Below, one piece after another: positions 55,201 through 64,000 of a stretch of 64,000 nucleotides of DNA (position 1 is the stretch's first letter; each line of letters opens with the position of its first letter). This DNA is from Chloropicon primus. Its lineage: Eukaryota. The stretch lies in NCBI GenBank assembly GCA_023205875.1, contig CP060756.1, positions 496,001-560,000 of the forward strand, in the 5' to 3' direction. A program made the translations under genes and the position numbers. The notes beneath the pieces were generated by a model that was not told where the DNA came from, ran no database searches, and saw only the letters and a program-made list of their open reading frames with translations.

Positions 55201-56487
55201 TCACGTCCTTCTTCCCCCGCCTCTGAGAAACTGGATCACCCGGCCCAGTGGCCTGACCACCCACTTCACGGCGTTTCCTAGCACGGAGATCTTCTTGAGG
55301 ACGAAGCCCTTTCCGATCCAGCTGGGGCCAGCGCGCGCCGCCCTGAGCTCGACACGGCGGCGAGGGACTACTCCACCGCTCCCTTCCCCTGTTCCAGCTC
55401 GACCAGAGTCGCCCGCGCTGGCCCCAGACGCGACGGAGCCGCTGCCGCTCCCCGGGGGTTCGTCGTCAATATCGTTCATCATTTCCCTCAGCATCTCCAA
55501 GGAGGCCTCGTCGTGCAGCGGGCGATCCTGCTCCCCTTCCCCGGTCGCTACCGTCGCAAGAGCCGTCTCCCCGCCGGCCCCGGCACCCAAGCCGGCCGCC
55601 CCTTCCTCTTCCCCCTCGGCAGCGGAAGCAAGCTTGAGCCTGCAGATCGGACAAGTGTTGTGCTCCTTCAGCCACTGAAGGAGGCAGTCCTCGTGAAACA
55701 CGTGGGAGCAAGGCATCTTAACGGCCACAAAGCCCCCCTCCTCCTCGCCATCCAGCTCACCAGTGCACCAGTCGTCCTGACAGATCGAGCAGCACTTCTC
55801 GCCCGTAAGCTTTCCCAGCTCCTCCATGTCCCTGATCCTCGGAAGTTTAGCCACAGCGTCCGCCGATGCTGGCTGCCTGGCGACAGCGTGGTTCGCGGCA
55901 AGCTGCGCCATGACCCTCTCAAGGGCCTCGTTGTGAAAGACGTAGTCACCCAAGCTCCCCCCGAACCTGTCGCTGCCGCCATCGATGCTGCCGGGAAGCT
56001 GACCCAGGAGGGACTCCAGCAACTGGGGAGGTATGTGGCCCCGCGTCTCCACCCGGACAGATATCGGTTGAAGGAAGTTCAACCGGCCCGCCGAAAGGGC
56101 AGGCAGCGCGGAAGAGGTGGGCGGCTGCTGCTCCTCGCCGGGAACCGCCGCGCGAGGCGCCTCACCGCCCTGAACAGGGCCCGTCGCCCTTGGCCCCGCA
56201 GGCTGCTGCGCAGTCCCAGGAACCCGGAGCGGGACAGCAACCGTGAAGGCCCTCGTCACCCCCCGTGGCGCGGGAGCTGGAGACCACTCCTCCACGAAAT
56301 CGCTCCCACACACCGGACAAGCAAGATGCTGCCCCTCCTCGCCCGCTTCGCTCCCGCTCGCCCTCGTGCACACTCTCTGCCTCTGGCAAGCGTGACACCA
56401 TATCCCGATATCCGATAGACCTCCCCCTCCTCCTCCTCCACCCGTTCCCACGGTGGTTCCCTCAGGAGCTCCGCTCGAGTCAGACAT
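55201..56487 (-). CDS. RING-H2 E3 ubiquitin ligase (RNF115/RNF126-like)
   Basis: N-terminal WCHAC...CPVCGSDFVEE zinc ribbon, GDYV, PAS..AV..LP and CSICQD...MPCSHVFHEDCLLQWLKEHNTCPICR. Confidence 0.92.
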   Translation of the reverse strand: MSDSSGAPEGTTVGTGGGGGGGGLSDIGIWCHACQRQRVCTRASGSEAGEEGQHLACPVCGSDFVEEWSPAPAPRGVTRAFTVAVPLRVPGTAQQPAGPRATGPVQGGEAPRAAVPGEEQQPPTSSALPALSAGRLNFLQPISVRVETRGHIPPQLLESLLGQLPGSIDGGSDRFGGSLGDYVFHNEALERVMAQLAANHAVARQPASADAVAKLPRIRDMEELGKLTGEKCCSICQDDWCTGELDGEEEGGFVAVKMPCSHVFHEDCLLQWLKEHNTCPICRLKLASAAEGEEEGAAGLGAGAGGETALATVATGEGEQDRPLHDEASLEMLREMMNDIDDEPPGSGSGSVASGASAGDSGRAGTGEGSGGVVPRRRVELRAARAGPSWIGKGFVLKKISVLGNAVKWVVRPLGRVIQFLRGGGRRT

Positions 56488-56920
56488 GGACACAACCCAA
56501 ACCGACTCCCCCCCCTCTCCTCCTCCCGTCCCTCTCTCTCTCTCTCTCTCCTCCCTCTCCCTTCTCCCTCTCTCTGCGTATCGTATCGTATCGTATCGAT
56601 CGACTCCGGTTGTCAAAGAAGCCAAGCGCGGGGTCGATGGAAACCTCGCGAGACGTTCTTTCGCCCGACACCTCCTCCCACACACGCCGCCACTCCTCCT
56701 CTTCCTCTTCCTCTTCCTCTTCCCTCTCTCCTCGTCCTCGTCTTGGCCTCTTCCGCTTCCTTGCTTCCGTTTTTTTGAACCCAACACACAGGAGGAGAAT
56801 GGAGCGGCGGTGTCTGGTGTCCGTGTCCGAGACGAAGATCCGTCTCGTGGTCTTTCGCTTGATGCCCACGGACTCCGCTCGCGTCACTTGACTCGGTCCG
56901 CGCGCTCAAAAGCATAACAC

Positions 56921-56953
<33 letters not shown>

Positions 56954-57026
56954 GAGTGGCTGGCTGGGAGGAGGGATGAGAGAGGAGGGGTTCAGGAGTC
57001 CGAGGAGAGCGTCCTCTCGAGGGATA

Positions 57027-58781
57027 ATGGCGGTGAGCACGGCGAAGCTTCTTACCTCGGAACAGAAGGAGGATCTGGCTCGGGACGGTGGCGAGATGGG
57101 GTTCGGGTTCGGCAGAGGGAGGAGGAGACTGAGTCACTTTGACGCTTTGGCGAAGAGGGAGGGGAACGCTTCGACGAGCGAGCAGGCCAAGCTCCCCGAG
57201 TCGGAGAGGATGAGGCAGCAGCAGAGGAGGGGCCACCAGGAGAGCAGGGTGCGGGATCTAATGCGGACGGAGCCTCTGAGGTTGGGCGCTGCCTCGATGG
57301 ATGCGATTGATACTGGAAGGTTTTATGGCGGTCCTCGGGGACAGGACGACGCTTTCCGACTGCGGCCGGGGAGGTACCAGAAGGGTCTGACTCTGAACTT
57401 GTTGAAGTCACGGATCGAGGACGCTTCGCGGACGAAGAAGAGGAGGGTCGAGAAGCCTGTAGTGGTGCAGGAGCCGATAGAGGTCGTCATCAGCGACGGC
57501 GAGGAGAGCGAAGAGGAGGGGGGAGGGGTCAAGGACGATGTCCTGACCCTCACGCCGACCGGACCCGGAACCCGGAGGAGCACGAGGCTGAGCGCGGGCT
57601 CCTCGCACAGACACACCGTCGCCGGGGTACTGGAAAGGGGCAAACTGAAGTGTGTCTGGAAGAGCGAGTACGGCAACGGCAGAAGCATCACGATTCGCCC
57701 AAAGGACATGGACTCCCTGGAGGACGGGGAGTTCCTGATTGACACGGTGATTGACTACTACATCAACTGCCTGGTGGACGACAAGAGGGGGAGGGAGAAG
57801 GGCAAGACTTCTGGCGTCTCGAGGGAGGACATCTATGTTTTCGGCACCTTTTTCTACAAGAAGCTGATCTCTTGCAAGAGCGATCTGGGGAAGCTGAGCA
57901 ACTGGACGAGAGACGTGGACATCTTCTCAAAGAAGTATGTCTTCATCCCAATCTGCGCGCACTACCACTGGAGCTTGATCCTGATCTGCAACACGAATTG
58001 CTATGATGTGGAAAACGAGCTGGTGGACTTGACGACGGCGATCCTCCACATTGATTCGATGTATTCGGGCCACGCTACGGGGAACATCACGAAGAACCTG
58101 CGTGTTTACCTGAAGCACGAGTGGCACCGGAACCTGAAGAACCCCGAGAGCATCTGCCACCGGTTCGACCAAGGGACGACGGCGCTGGTGGGGGGGACGA
58201 GGGAGTTCACGCCCAAGACCATCTTGGGCGGGAAGCTTCAGTGCCCGAGGCAAAACAATTTCTGCGACTGCGGCGTGTTCGTGCTCAAGTTTCTTGAAAT
58301 GTTCATGGATGATCCCCCCAACTCCGTGGACGTGAAAATCGTGAACCATAAGTTCACCGTCGAGCACACAGGTTCCTCGGAGAAGTTCAATACAAGGGCT
58401 TGGTTCAAGCCAGAAGACGCCGCGAAGCTGAGGAAGTCCCTGCGCACCCAACTCTGCCAGCTGTTCTTTGATCAGAACCCCGAGAGCCCGCACAGCAAGA
58501 GGGCCTTGGAGCTGGCTTGCGAAGTGGACGCCCAAGCTGCTGAGGACGCCGAGGTCGAGGTGCAGGCCGTGGAGGCCAACAAGGCTGCTGAGGACGCCGA
58601 GGTCGAGGTGCAGGCCGTGGAAGCCAGCAAGGCTGCTGAGGACGCCGAGGTCGAGGTGGTGCTGTCCTCACCATCCACGGGAACGGAAACGGGAACGAGG
58701 GTGGGATCTTCATCGAGGTTTTTGCCACCAAGAAACAATTGCCTTCCCCCTCCTAAGAACTCGTGTTCATTTAACCTGTAA
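57027..58781 (+). CDS. SUMO protease (peptidase C48, ULP2-like)
   Basis: EFL.D.VIDYY, TFFYKKL, WTRDVDIFSKKYVFIPI...HWSL, HIDS and QNNFCDCG. An alternative ATG lies at 56976. Confidence 0.9.
   Translation: MAVSTAKLLTSEQKEDLARDGGEMGFGFGRGRRRLSHFDALAKREGNASTSEQAKLPESERMRQQQRRGHQESRVRDLMRTEPLRLGAASMDAIDTGRFYGGPRGQDDAFRLRPGRYQKGLTLNLLKSRIEDASRTKKRRVEKPVVVQEPIEVVISDGEESEEEGGGVKDDVLTLTPTGPGTRRSTRLSAGSSHRHTVAGVLERGKLKCVWKSEYGNGRSITIRPKDMDSLEDGEFLIDTVIDYYINCLVDDKRGREKGKTSGVSREDIYVFGTFFYKKLISCKSDLGKLSNWTRDVDIFSKKYVFIPICAHYHWSLILICNTNCYDVENELVDLTTAILHIDSMYSGHATGNITKNLRVYLKHEWHRNLKNPESICHRFDQGTTALVGGTREFTPKTILGGKLQCPRQNNFCDCGVFVLKFLEMFMDDPPNSVDVKIVNHKFTVEHTGSSEKFNTRAWFKPEDAAKLRKSLRTQLCQLFFDQNPESPHSKRALELACEVDAQAAEDAEVEVQAVEANKAAEDAEVEVQAVEASKAAEDAEVEVVLSSPSTGTETGTRVGSSSRFLPPRNNCLPPPKNSCSFNL
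58536..58658 (+). repeat. 48-bp coding tandem repeat (AAEDAEVEVQAVEA[N/S]K) x~2.6
   Basis: Seen directly in the ULP C-terminus. Confidence 0.9.
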
Positions 58782-58813
58782 CAGTAGAAAAATTCTTCAG
58801 AAGAGCAGCCCTG

Positions 58814-60463
58814 ATGGAAGGGGACGAGGAGGACGAGGGCGTCCTGCTGTACTACAAGTACACGGACACGGAGGTGGAGAGCCTGGGCGGGAGGGAAGGT
58901 CTCCGCCGTTGGTATGAGGACACCTGCGGAGCAAAGGGGCTCGTGGGTCGGGTTCGGGTCGCGCGAGATGGCATCAACGCCACCCTTGGAGGAACCATGG
59001 CCAAACTCAGGCTTCACTGCGTGGAGCTTGCGGGGTTCGAGGGGTTCGAGGGGATCGACTACAAGCTCGCTCGATCTCCCGGGTCCTTGAACGAGGCCGT
59101 GGAGGTGGAGAGCGGGTTCGACCAGCTCAGCGTCCAGCTGACGGAGGAGGTTGTGTCTCTGGGACCCAGAGCTGTGGGCGTTCATTGCGAGAAGGGAGGG
59201 AAGCACCTCAAGCCGTTGGACTTCCACCGGATGCTGAGCGAGGCCGATGGGGAGGAGGAGGTCGTCCTGATAGACGTGAGGAACGTCTACGAGAGCAGAA
59301 TCGGGAACTTCCAGTGCGATGGGGTCGAGACGCTCCTACCAGCCACGAGGACCTTCAACCAGTTCCCCAGGTGGGTGGACAGCGTAGAGAATGATCTCAG
59401 GGACAAGAAGATCATGATGTACTGCACCGGAGGGGTGAGGTGCGAGAAAGCGTCCGCGTACATCAAGAGCAAGGGCCCGGCGTTCTCGAACTGCTTCCAG
59501 CTGTCCGGGGGGATTCAGCGGTACCTCGAGGCGTTCCCGGACGACGGTGGCTATTTCAGGGGCAAGAACTTTGTGTTCGACTCGCGGTCCAGCGTCCCCC
59601 CGGAGAGGCACGGCGGCGCAATCATCAGCAAGTGCGCTAGCTGTGGGCGCCTCCACGACGACTACGGACAGCGCGTGAGGTGCGACTACTGCAGGTTGCT
59701 CCTCCTGCTTTGCCCGGCGTGCCTGGAGGAGGCGGGCGACGCGGACACGAAGAGGTACTGCGAGGTTTGCAGGGCAGGGAGCGTGGGGCCGGCGGACGCC
59801 CTGGGCGCCCTGGGCGGCCTGAGGCTCCTGTGCCTGCACGGGTTTCGGCAGACCGCGAAGAGCTTCCGGGGGCGGACGGCCGCCTTGAGGAAGCGGATGA
59901 AGACGGTGGGCTTCGAGTACCTGGATGCGCCCTTCACGATGGACGCGGCGGCGTCGGGGGGGGCGGGGGGCCGGAGGTCGTGGCACCCCGCCCCGAAGGG
60001 GTCGGAGGGGTCCGAGCTGAGGCTGGACGGGGCTCTGGCCGAAGGCTTTGCGATGATGGGGGAGGCGGGGGGAGGGTGGCAGGTGTCGCGCCGGTACCTC
60101 AAGGATCGAATCGAGGCCTCGGGGCCATTTGACGGCATCCTCGCGTTCAGCCAGGGGGCTGCGCTAGTCTGCGCGGCCCTCGCCCACGGGGACCGACTCG
60201 GAGGCATCAAGTTCGTCGTCCTGTGCTCGGGCTACAGGCCAGACGACACGCCCCCGATCCGAGGCTACCTTGAAGTGCCCTCCCTTCACATCTTCGGAGG
60301 CAGCGACAAGCAAGTCCCCCTCGAACGCAGCGAGGACCTCGCGGAGGCCTTCCACCCGTCCACGAGGAGCATCCTGAGGCACAACATGGGGCACATCATC
60401 CCCTCCAGCAAGACCTACGTCACGGACTACGCTCGAGTCATCGCCTCCTTCTTGGAGGGATGA
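58814..60463 (+). CDS. TrhO/TSTD2-type rhodanese fused to FSH1 serine hydrolase (plant STR6-like)
   Basis: VLLYYKY, GRVRVA.DGIN.T, DVRN.YE..IG.F, MYCTGGVRCE and GKNFVFD, then LCLHGFRQ, GILAFSQG and H..GH. Confidence 0.9.
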   Translation: MEGDEEDEGVLLYYKYTDTEVESLGGREGLRRWYEDTCGAKGLVGRVRVARDGINATLGGTMAKLRLHCVELAGFEGFEGIDYKLARSPGSLNEAVEVESGFDQLSVQLTEEVVSLGPRAVGVHCEKGGKHLKPLDFHRMLSEADGEEEVVLIDVRNVYESRIGNFQCDGVETLLPATRTFNQFPRWVDSVENDLRDKKIMMYCTGGVRCEKASAYIKSKGPAFSNCFQLSGGIQRYLEAFPDDGGYFRGKNFVFDSRSSVPPERHGGAIISKCASCGRLHDDYGQRVRCDYCRLLLLLCPACLEEAGDADTKRYCEVCRAGSVGPADALGALGGLRLLCLHGFRQTAKSFRGRTAALRKRMKTVGFEYLDAPFTMDAAASGGAGGRRSWHPAPKGSEGSELRLDGALAEGFAMMGEAGGGWQVSRRYLKDRIEASGPFDGILAFSQGAALVCAALAHGDRLGGIKFVVLCSGYRPDDTPPIRGYLEVPSLHIFGGSDKQVPLERSEDLAEAFHPSTRSILRHNMGHIIPSSKTYVTDYARVIASFLEG

Positions 60464-60632
60464 TGGTGAAAAGGGTACACCTTCGTTGTCCCATAACGCT
60501 TTCTCAAAATTCAACCTTGAGGACATCAACCCAAGGTTTCGGTTTCTGATCATCATCATCCGTAGTGTGTCGCATCGCGCGGCGCCTAGGGACGGACGTC
60601 CGCGTTTGTCAGGAGAGGGAGCGCGAGCGAGG

Positions 60633-61088
60633 ATGAGGTCACGCCGTGGCGTCGCGGTCGCGGTCGCGGTCGCGGTCGCTTTCTTCGTCTTGTTTTTCGC
60701 GTCGACGGGCGTCGCCCAGCAGGCGGGGACCGGTGGTGGTCGCCTGAGGGTTGGAGCGAGGCAGGCTCGGTTCTCGAGGGCGGCCACGTCGTCGTCGTCG
60801 CCTTCTCTGAGGAGGGGAACGCGGCAGACCGCGCGGTTCTACTGCAACAACGAGGTCCTCCAGGCGCGGAGCGGCGGGAACGACTTCATCGTGAACCTCA
60901 AGCCGGGGTACGAGGTGGAGGAGGTGGTGGGGAGCCTGGGGACGTACCCGGAGAACTTGCAGAGGTTCGAGACCCTGGGGAACATGTTCGCGGCCACGCT
61001 CAGCCAGGGCGACGTGATTTCCCTTCTGAGGAACGAGGTCGTGGACTACGTCGAGTGCGACGCCAAAGTCAGCATTGGTCGGAAGTGA
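60633..61088 (+). CDS. Stand-alone peptidase inhibitor I9 (subtilisin-propeptide-like) protein with signal peptide/anchor
   Basis: FIVNLKPG...FAATLS...L.RNEVVDYVECDAKVSI* after a hydrophobic N-terminus. Confidence 0.75.
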   Translation: MRSRRGVAVAVAVAVAFFVLFFASTGVAQQAGTGGGRLRVGARQARFSRAATSSSSPSLRRGTRQTARFYCNNEVLQARSGGNDFIVNLKPGYEVEEVVGSLGTYPENLQRFETLGNMFAATLSQGDVISLLRNEVVDYVECDAKVSIGRK

Positions 61089-61223
61089 GTCGAGCGGGGC
61101 AACCCCGGCTTCTTCAATGAATATTATGAAATATGTATGTTACACTTTACGAAAGAATGAATACAAGTTGAGCTATATAATCAAACACCCGATATAGATA
61201 TGGATAGAGGGAGCGACGCGGCT

Positions 61224-62834
61224 TCAGCAGCTCTCGGCGCCGCTGTACTTTCCCTTGACCCTGTAGTCCGTCAAAATTTTTCCTTTGGTCTCCGGCAGGA
61301 AGGCCGTGGAGGCCAGGCCGAGGGCCAGAACCGCGGACGCGAACATGCAAGGCAGCCAGATACCCGACTGCGCCTGGTCCTCAAAGTGTCCCACCATGTA
61401 CGTCCCGAAGAAGCCGCCGATGCGCCCGAGAGCGGTGAGAATCCCATGCATCGTCGTCCTCAGCCTCGTCTCGAAGACCTCCGGGGAAAGGATGGACAAG
61501 GCGTTCCAGGCCCCGACGCTGACAAAGCCAAAGGAGGCGGAGCCCAGCATCGCCCAGAACGCCGAGCCCTTGGGCACCGCCGCGAAGGCCAGAGGCAGCA
61601 CGGCCGACGCCCCCATGGAGAGCACGAGGGCGTTCTTCCTCCCCAGCTTGTCGATGATGAAAAAGTTAATGACGTTTCCGGGCAGGTCGCCCAAGCTCGT
61701 CACCAGGTTGCCCAGGTAAACGTTGTCGTGCTGGGCCTCGAAGAACTGGGGGAGCCAGATCATGAAGCCGTACCAGCACGCGCTGAGGCAGAACCAGACC
61801 GTCCCCAGCACCACGACGAGCTTCCTTTGCTCCCTCGCCTTCAGCAGCTGCGAGATCAGGACCGCGGAGTGCTTCATCCCTCCCACCAGCGTCTCGCCCT
61901 CGGCGCCCAAGACGTCCCCCGTGCCGGACCAGCCAGCGTGCTTCGAGTGGAGCAGGCCAAGGAGCTCCGACAGGAATAGGGAGTCGTTGTGGCGGTTGCC
62001 GTTCACGGCCACGATCTTCTCCAGGGCCCCGGCGGCTTCCAAGAACTTCTTCCTCCGGATCAAGTAGCAGGGGCTCTCCACGAGGAAGGCCAGCGCCAGG
62101 ACGCACGCCAAGATCGCCGGCAGGATACACACCACGAAGTAAAGCCTCCAACCCCCGATGTTGAGGTACGGCAGCGTCACGTCCCGCGGCAGTATGAGCC
62201 AGCCCAGGGCTGCCGTGATGACCGAGCCCAGCATCCAGTGGGACGCCACTATTGTCATGTACTTCCCCCTCACCCTGGAGCTCGTCGTCTCTGCCACGTA
62301 CGAGAAGAGCGCCGGGATGTTGCCCCCGATCCCCAGACCAGCAAGGAACCGGAAGAGGGCCACCTGGGACATCGACTCCGCCAACGCAGTCAGAGCCCCA
62401 AAGACCGCGATGAATGCGGTAAAGATTATCAGGCAGGACTTTCGTCCCCTCAGGTCCGCAACCGCTCCGGACGAGAGACCGCCAAGAAGCATGCCTAAGA
62501 AGATGCAAGACGCCATCAAATTCTTCTCCCACGTGAGGACCTCCCCCTCGAACTCCGTCTCTATCATCGGCAGAGCGAGTGCTATGGCCATGACTTCGGT
62601 GCTTCCTGCAGCCACTCCAAGGCCGCAAGTGACGCAACTGAGGAGCTGGTACCGACCATTTCCGAGGACCTTGTCCACCTTGACCGAGTGGTCGTCCCCT
62701 CCACCGTCATCATCCCGCGGGCCCACAAGGGCAACCGTCTCGAGCTCCTTCTCGTGCTCGAGCCTCATACTCGCCGCTCGATTGTGTGGACGCCGCTCTT
62801 CCAGCTGGCGGACTGAGGACTGAGGATGGACCAT
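61224..62834 (-). CDS. MFS transporter, SV2/SVOP-like
   Basis: ADLRGRK motif A, FRFLAGLGIGG..P..FSY.AE, IDKLGRK and PEVFET.LR...PET. The start is 62834 or 62768. Confidence 0.9.
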   Translation of the reverse strand: MVHPQSSVRQLEERRPHNRAASMRLEHEKELETVALVGPRDDDGGGDDHSVKVDKVLGNGRYQLLSCVTCGLGVAAGSTEVMAIALALPMIETEFEGEVLTWEKNLMASCIFLGMLLGGLSSGAVADLRGRKSCLIIFTAFIAVFGALTALAESMSQVALFRFLAGLGIGGNIPALFSYVAETTSSRVRGKYMTIVASHWMLGSVITAALGWLILPRDVTLPYLNIGGWRLYFVVCILPAILACVLALAFLVESPCYLIRRKKFLEAAGALEKIVAVNGNRHNDSLFLSELLGLLHSKHAGWSGTGDVLGAEGETLVGGMKHSAVLISQLLKAREQRKLVVVLGTVWFCLSACWYGFMIWLPQFFEAQHDNVYLGNLVTSLGDLPGNVINFFIIDKLGRKNALVLSMGASAVLPLAFAAVPKGSAFWAMLGSASFGFVSVGAWNALSILSPEVFETRLRTTMHGILTALGRIGGFFGTYMVGHFEDQAQSGIWLPCMFASAVLALGLASTAFLPETKGKILTDYRVKGKYSGAESC

Positions 62835-62841
62835 GGCAAAG

Positions 62842-63069
62842 GGACTGGACGCGGGTGGCCAGGCTCAAGGGGGGAGAGGGATTGGAGTGGAGTGGGTCTG
62901 GATCGGCTCTGCTTACCATGACTACACCACTAGCAGGCTCCATTGCAGAGGAGGGATGCAGCTTGGGTCCAGTCCAAGGACTGGACGCGGGTGGGAATAA
63001 TCACTCGTGGCCAGGCTCAAGAGGGGGAGGGGGAGGAGTGGAGTGGAGTGGGTCTGGATCGGCCCTGCT
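62842..63069. repeat. Local ~70-90 bp direct duplication (62842-62913 and 62978-63069)
   Basis: GGACTGGACGCGGGTGG...CCAGGCTCAAG...GGAGTGGAGTGGGTCTGGATCGGC.CTGCT occurs twice. Confidence 0.85.
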
Positions 63070-63121
63070 CGCCTGTGTGTGCCCGCGAGACACACAAATA
63101 CACAAACACACAAACACACAT

Positions 63122-63157
<36 letters not shown>

Positions 63158-63257
63158 GTTCCGAGACGGCACGTCTGTCATGCCACGCGCCGCTCCCCTT
63201 TGTCGACTCGAGCTCCAAGTAGTAGTCTCTCCGTTTTGTTACTCTGCTCTTATCGTG

Positions 63258-63869
63258 TTACTTTATCGGGCGATACCGTTGCGAGGACAGCTCGTGGTAC
63301 GTGCCACGGGCGCCAATGCACCATTTCTTCCACCAAGGGAGCTCCAGGGAGAAAATTCTCTCCTCGAACTGCTCCATGCCATCGGCCAAGGTCGCCATGT
63401 TGTCCTGCAGGACTTCCTTCTGCTCCCTCTGAGACCGCTGAGCCAGGACGCGCTGGGCCTTCTCCATCTCAATCAGCTTCTTCAGCTCCTGCTGCTGCTT
63501 CAGGTTGGCCTGCTGCTGCTTGTCCAGCTGGTTCTGCATCAGGACGAGGTGAGCCTTCTGGTGGTGCAGCTCCTCGCTCAGCCAGTCGCTCACAGACACG
63601 AAGGCCAGTTCCACCTTCTCCTCTATCTTTTGCAGCTTGCTGCTCAAGACAGCCCCCTCTTCGCCCTCCTGCCCCGTCGTCCCCTGTCCTTGACGGAGCT
63701 CCTTGAAGGCCTGCGAAACCTCCGCCTTGGCCGCGTCCAGCGAGTTCGTCCTCTGCAGACCGCTCCCCTTCGACTTCGCCGTCTCACCAACGGCCCTTTC
63801 CCCCTCCACCTCACCCCCTCGAACGCCAGACCCTTCCTCCGCGCTCATCCTTCTCCCCTCCTCCTCCAA
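63258..63869 (-). CDS. Coiled-coil protein of unknown function
   Basis: ATG start, host codon bias, Q/E/K-rich heptads and a PWWKKW motif near the C-terminus. Confidence 0.7.
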   Translation of the reverse strand: MEEEGRRMSAEEGSGVRGGEVEGERAVGETAKSKGSGLQRTNSLDAAKAEVSQAFKELRQGQGTTGQEGEEGAVLSSKLQKIEEKVELAFVSVSDWLSEELHHQKAHLVLMQNQLDKQQQANLKQQQELKKLIEMEKAQRVLAQRSQREQKEVLQDNMATLADGMEQFEERIFSLELPWWKKWCIGARGTYHELSSQRYRPIK

Positions 63870-64000
63870 CGCCGACGCCTCCTCTCCTCTCTCTGCTCGC
63901 CTCCTCTCCTCTCTACCGAACCGAAAACCACGCGAGTGAGGGCGCTCAAAGTGTCTTTGGAAAGCCCGTGATAAGAGCTTTTGATCCTTCGGTCCCGCTC

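Noticed and set aside
58814..60463. Novel rhodanese-serine hydrolase fusion
   Set aside because: The same architecture is known in plant STR6-type proteins.

Overview
Gene-dense eukaryotic nuclear DNA, almost certainly from a compact-genome green alga. The high GC3, short GT-AG introns with CTGAC branch points, GA/CT microsatellites, plastid-targeted starch and acetate enzymes and telo-boxes resemble Chloropicon-type picoalgae, but the taxon is inference only. About 38 protein-coding genes are supported, including PEX6, a CDKL kinase, SF3B6, CCT2, SEC23, OMA1, pyruvate kinase, ACS, CSN8, MSRA, ISA3, COX19, HPPD, RPL37A and SPCS3. No rRNA, tRNA or CRISPR array was recognised. The main observations are: (1) an intronless, compositionally foreign ORF (50127-51278) with an AP2-like N-terminus and two PD-(D/E)XK-like nuclease motifs, preceded by an E2F/CDE-CHR-like element and lying next to an orphan histidine-phosphatase fragment, which suggests an undescribed selfish endonuclease or insertion; (2) a bZIP gene with a 23-nt IRE1-type unconventional intron (bZIP60/XBP1-like) whose unspliced form lacks an obvious TM anchor; (3) a CEP78-RSP14-RSP4/6 basal-body/flagellar cluster; (4) a lower-GC pair of membrane-anchored Fe/2OG oxygenases next to a spliced 21-bp repeat; (5) two enzymes with atypical active sites and a possible bicistronic pair. 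All calls come from motif recognition by eye, and no searches were run.
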